Source: the human T2T-CHM13v2.0 reference genome, Homo sapiens. From it: a stretch of 64,000 bases of DNA. The stretch lies in NCBI RefSeq assembly GCF_009914755.1, contig NC_060928.1; one strand, 5' to 3'. The notes below the pieces were generated by a model. The model did not search any database. It was given only the letters and a program-made list of their open reading frames with translations, and had not been told where the DNA came from. Below are positions 60,001 through 64,000 of this stretch, piece by piece (positions within the stretch are counted from its first letter, which is position 1; every line of letters begins with the position of its first letter). Position numbers and translations under genes: made by a program.

Positions 60001-61460
60001 TGTTGATCTGTTCAGGTTTTCTATTTCTTCATGGTTCAATCCTGCTAAGCTGTATGTGTCCAGAAATTTATTCATCTCTTCATGGTTTTCCAACTTGTTA
60101 GTGTATAGTTGTTCATAATAGTCTCTAATGATCCTTTGTAATTCTGTAGTATAATTTGTCTGCATTCTGTAGTAAAATGTCTCAGTTTACATAAGATTTT
60201 ATTTATTTGGGCCTAGTCCCTTTTTTGCTAGTCTAGCTAAAGGATTATTGATTTTGCTAATCTTTTCAAAAACCAACTTTTCCTTTTGTTGATCTTTTGT
60301 ATTGTTTTCTTAGCCTGAATTTCATTCGTTTTTATTCTGCTCTTTATTATTTTTCCTTCTACCAATGTTTTGTTTGTTCCTGCTTTTCTACTTCCTTGAG
60401 GTGCATTGTTAAGTTCTTTATTTGAATTATTTCTACTTTTCTGATGCAGGTGTTTACTGCAATAAACTACCCTCTTAGAACTGTTTTTGCTGTATCCCAT
60501 ATATTTTGGTATATTTCCATTTTCATTTGCACATTTTCTGTTAAATACAGGAATACTATAATTTCCTTTATAATTTCTTCATTGACCCATTTGCTATTCA
60601 GAAGCACATCATTTGATTTCCATAAATCTGTAGTTTCTAATGTTCCTTTTCTTAATGATTTCTAATTTTATTCCATTGTGATCTAAAAATAAATTTGATA
60701 TAATTTTGATTTTTGAAAATTTAAGACTTGTTTCGTGAACACAGGGTCCATCTTGGAGAATGTTCCATGTGCTTTTGAGAAAAATGTGTATTCTGCAGCT
60801 GTTGGATGGAACGTTCTGTAAATGTCTGTTAGGTCCATTTGGTCTACAGTACAGTTTAACTCCAGTGTTTCTGTGTTGACTTTCTGTCTGGATGACCTGT
60901 GTATTGCTAGAAGTGGGGTGCTGAGTCCCCTTCTATTATAACACTGCACTCAATCTCTCTCTTTAGGTTAATTAATATTTGTTTTATATTCTGATGCTCC
61001 AGAGTTGGTTGGGTGTATATATAATTGTTATATCCTCTTGCTATATTGACTTTTATCATCATATAATGGACTTCTTTTGTCTTTTTTAAAACTATTATTG
61101 AATTAAAATCTATTTTATCTGATATATGTACAGTTGCTTCAGCTCTCTCTATAGTTTCTGAATCTTCTCTCATCCCTTCACTTTTAGTCTCTGCATGTCT
61201 TCAAAGGTAGAGTTTCTTGTAGACAGCATATAGTTGTGTCTTTTTTTTTAAATCAATTCAGCCATTCTAGCTCTTTTTATTGGATAATTAATTTAATTGG
61301 ATAAATTAAACCTATTTATATTCAAGATTATTAATAATAGGTAAGAATTTGCTACTGTTATTTTATTACTTGCTATTTGCTTGTTTTGTAGACACTTTCT
61401 TCCTTTTATCCTCTCTTAAAGTCTTCCTTTGTGGTTAGGTGATTTTCTCTAGTAGTATGT
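57100..61460 (-). mobile_element. L1MA4/5-like element (3'UTR through the start of ORF2)
   Basis: L1MA 3' end plus relic peptides NKWCWENCISIC, LFFFTDDM, DLTDIYRTFHP. Confidence 0.88.
58043..58218 (-). mobile_element. FAM-like fossil Alu monomer
   Basis: Single monomer containing GTGTAATGACTACAGACATGATCATAG, a decayed form of the FAM-specific GTGCAGTGGCTATTCACAGGCGCGATCATAG. Confidence 0.7.
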
Positions 61461-63734
61461 TTTTTTTCCTCCTTCTTTTTATTATACTTTAAGTTCTGGG
61501 TTACATGTGCAGAATGTGCAGTTTTGTTACACAGGTATACATGTGCCATGGTGGTCTGCAGCACCCATCAACCCGTCACCTACATTAGGTATTTCTCCTA
61601 ATGTTATCCTTCCCCTAGCCCCCACCCCGCACAGGCCCCAATGTGTGATGTTCCCCTCTCTGTGTCCATGTGTCCTCATTGTTCAACTCCCACTTACGAG
61701 GGGGAACATGCAGTATTTGGTTTTCTATCTTGTGATAATTCGCTGAGAATGATGGTTTCCAGCTTCATCCATGTCCCTGCAAAGGACATGAACTCATCTT
61801 TTTTATGGCTGCATAGTATTCCATGGTATATATGTGCCACAATTTCTTAATCCAGTCTATCATTGATGGACATTTGGGTTGGTTCCAAGTCTTTGCTATT
61901 GTGAATAGTGCCACAATAAACGTATGTGTGCATGTCTCTTTTTTGTAGAATGATTTATAATTCTTTGGGTATATACCCAGTAATGGGATTACTGGGTCAA
62001 ATGGTATTTCTAGTTCTAGATCCTTGAGGAATCGCCACAATGGCTGAACTAATTTACACTCCCACCAACAGTGTAAAAGCATTCCTATTTTTCCACAACC
62101 TCTCCAGCATCTGTTGTTTCTTGACTTTTTAATGATCACCATTCTAACTGGTGTGAGATGGTCTCATTGTGGTTTTGATTTGCATTTCTCTAATGACCAG
62201 TGATGATGAGCATTTTTTCATATGTCTGTTGGCTGCATAAATGTCTTCTTTTGAGAAGTGTCTGTTCATATCCTTTGCCCATTTTTTGATGGGGTTCTTG
62301 GCTTTTTTCTTGTAAATTTGTTTAAGTTCTTTATAGATGCTGGATATTAGCCCTTTGTCAGATGGATAGATTGCAAAAATTTTCTCCCATTCTGTAGGTT
62401 GCCTGTTCACTCTGATGATAGATTCTTTTGCTGTGCAGAAGCTCTTTAGTTTAATTAGATCCCATTTGTCAATTTTGGCTTTTGTTGCCATTGCTTTTGG
62501 TGTTTTAGACATGAAGTCTTTGCCCATGCCTATGTCCTGAATGGTATTGCCCAGGTTTTCTTGTAGGATTTTTATGGTTCTAGGTCTTACGTTTAAGTCT
62601 TTGATCCATCTTGAGTTGATTTTTGTATAAGGTGTAAGGACGGGGTCCAGTTTCAGTTTTCTGCATATGGCTAGCCAGTTATCCCAACACCATTTATTAA
62701 ATAGGGAATCTTTTCCCCATTGCTTGTGTGTGTCAGGTTTGTTAAAGATCAGATGATTGTAGATGTGTGGTGTTATTTCTGAGGCCTCTGTTCTGTTCTA
62801 TTGGTCTATATATCTGTTTTTGTACAGTACCATGCTGTTTTGGTTACTATAGCCTTGTAGCAGAGTTTGAAGTCAGGAAGCATGATGCCTCCAGCTTTGT
62901 TCTTCTTGCCAAGGATTGTGTTGGCTATGTGGGCTCTTTTTTGGTTCCATATGAAGTTTAAAGTAGTTTTTTCCAATTCTGAAAAGAAAGTCATTGGTAG
63001 CTTGATGGGGATAGCATTGAATCTATAAATTACTTTGGGCAGTAAGGCTATTTTCACAATATTGATTCTTCCTATCCATGAGCATGGAATGTTTTTCCAT
63101 TGGTTTGTGTCCTTTCTTATTTCCTTGAGCAGTGGTTTGTAGTTCTCTTTGAAGAGGTCCTTCACATCCCTTGTAAGTTGGATTCCTAGGTATTTTATTC
63201 TCTTAGTAGCAATTGTGAATGGGAGTTCACTCATGATTTGGCTCTCTGTTTATGTGTTATTAGTGCACAGAAATACTTGTGATTTTTGCACATTGATTTT
63301 GTATCCTGAGACTTTGCTGCAGTTGCTTATCAGCTTAAGGAGATTCGGGGCTGAGATGATGGGGTTTTCTAAATATACAATCATGTCATCTGCAAACAGA
63401 GACAATTTGACTTCCTCTCTTCCTATATGAATACCCTTTATTTCTTTCTCTTGCCTGACTGCCCTGGCCAGAAAGTCCAAAACTATGTTGAATAGGAGTG
63501 GTGAGAGAGGGCATCCTTGTCCTGTGCCAGTTTTCAAAGGGAATCCTTCCAGTTTTTGCCCGTTCAGTATGATATTGGCTGTGGGTCCGTCACAAATAGC
63601 TCTTATTATGTTGAGATACATTCCATCAGTACCTAGTTTATTGAGAGTTTTTAGCATGAAAGGCTGTTGAATTTTGTTGAAGGCCTTTTCTGCATCTATT
63701 GAGATAATCATGTGGTTTTTGTCATTGGTTCTGT
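61460..63734 (-). mobile_element. 5'-truncated L1PA7-like element (about 2.3 kb)
   Basis: Poly(T), 3'UTR (ttatactttaagttctgggttacatgtgcag) and well-preserved ORF2 C-terminal half ([19 protein letters not shown]). Confidence 0.93.
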
Positions 63735-64000
63735 CTTATAATGTCTTATGACATCGAACTATCCCAACAATAACACAATGAAATTATCACTGTAGAAGAA
63801 GACTGAAAATTATAAAGTTCCTTATCTTATTAGTGGAGAAGAAAGTAGAGGGAATAAAATATGCATATTATGAAGCACTCTCTGTAAGGTAAGGTCTAAG
63901 GACAATACTCTGACACCTTCAAGTTGACAGCACATCTATCACTACTTAATGTACTGACATAAAATAAAATTATAGTGGATAGAAATGGCATAGAATTAGT

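Overview
This is primate (human-like) nuclear DNA, AT-rich and dominated by interspersed repeats. It lies inside the TBCK gene on the minus strand. The only host coding sequence I can support is one 176-nt internal exon (52177-52352, [20 protein letters not shown]...DPPKTDL). I recognise it as TBCK and recall it as exon 23. Neither neighbouring exon is in the window, so at least 52 kb of the downstream intron and about 12 kb of the upstream intron are shown. The rest is nested transposons: a young antisense L1PA2-like LINE-1 (intact 5'UTR and ORF0, about 0.94 kb internal deletion), older L1s, about ten Alus plus a FAM, two THE1C-type elements, MER11/MSTA/LTR33 LTRs, a near full-length Tigger1, several MITEs, L2/MIR relics and microsatellites. 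There are no prokaryotic genes, CRISPR arrays or RNA genes, and I found no clearly new biological system. The best leads are all inference. One is an L1 antisense-promoter/ORF0 unit aimed at the 3' TBCK exons, carrying a variant phase-0 splice donor. Others are two candidate microexons and a repeat layout that could delete or invert the exon. Repeat subfamily names come from recalled consensus sequences and need RepeatMasker/Dfam confirmation.
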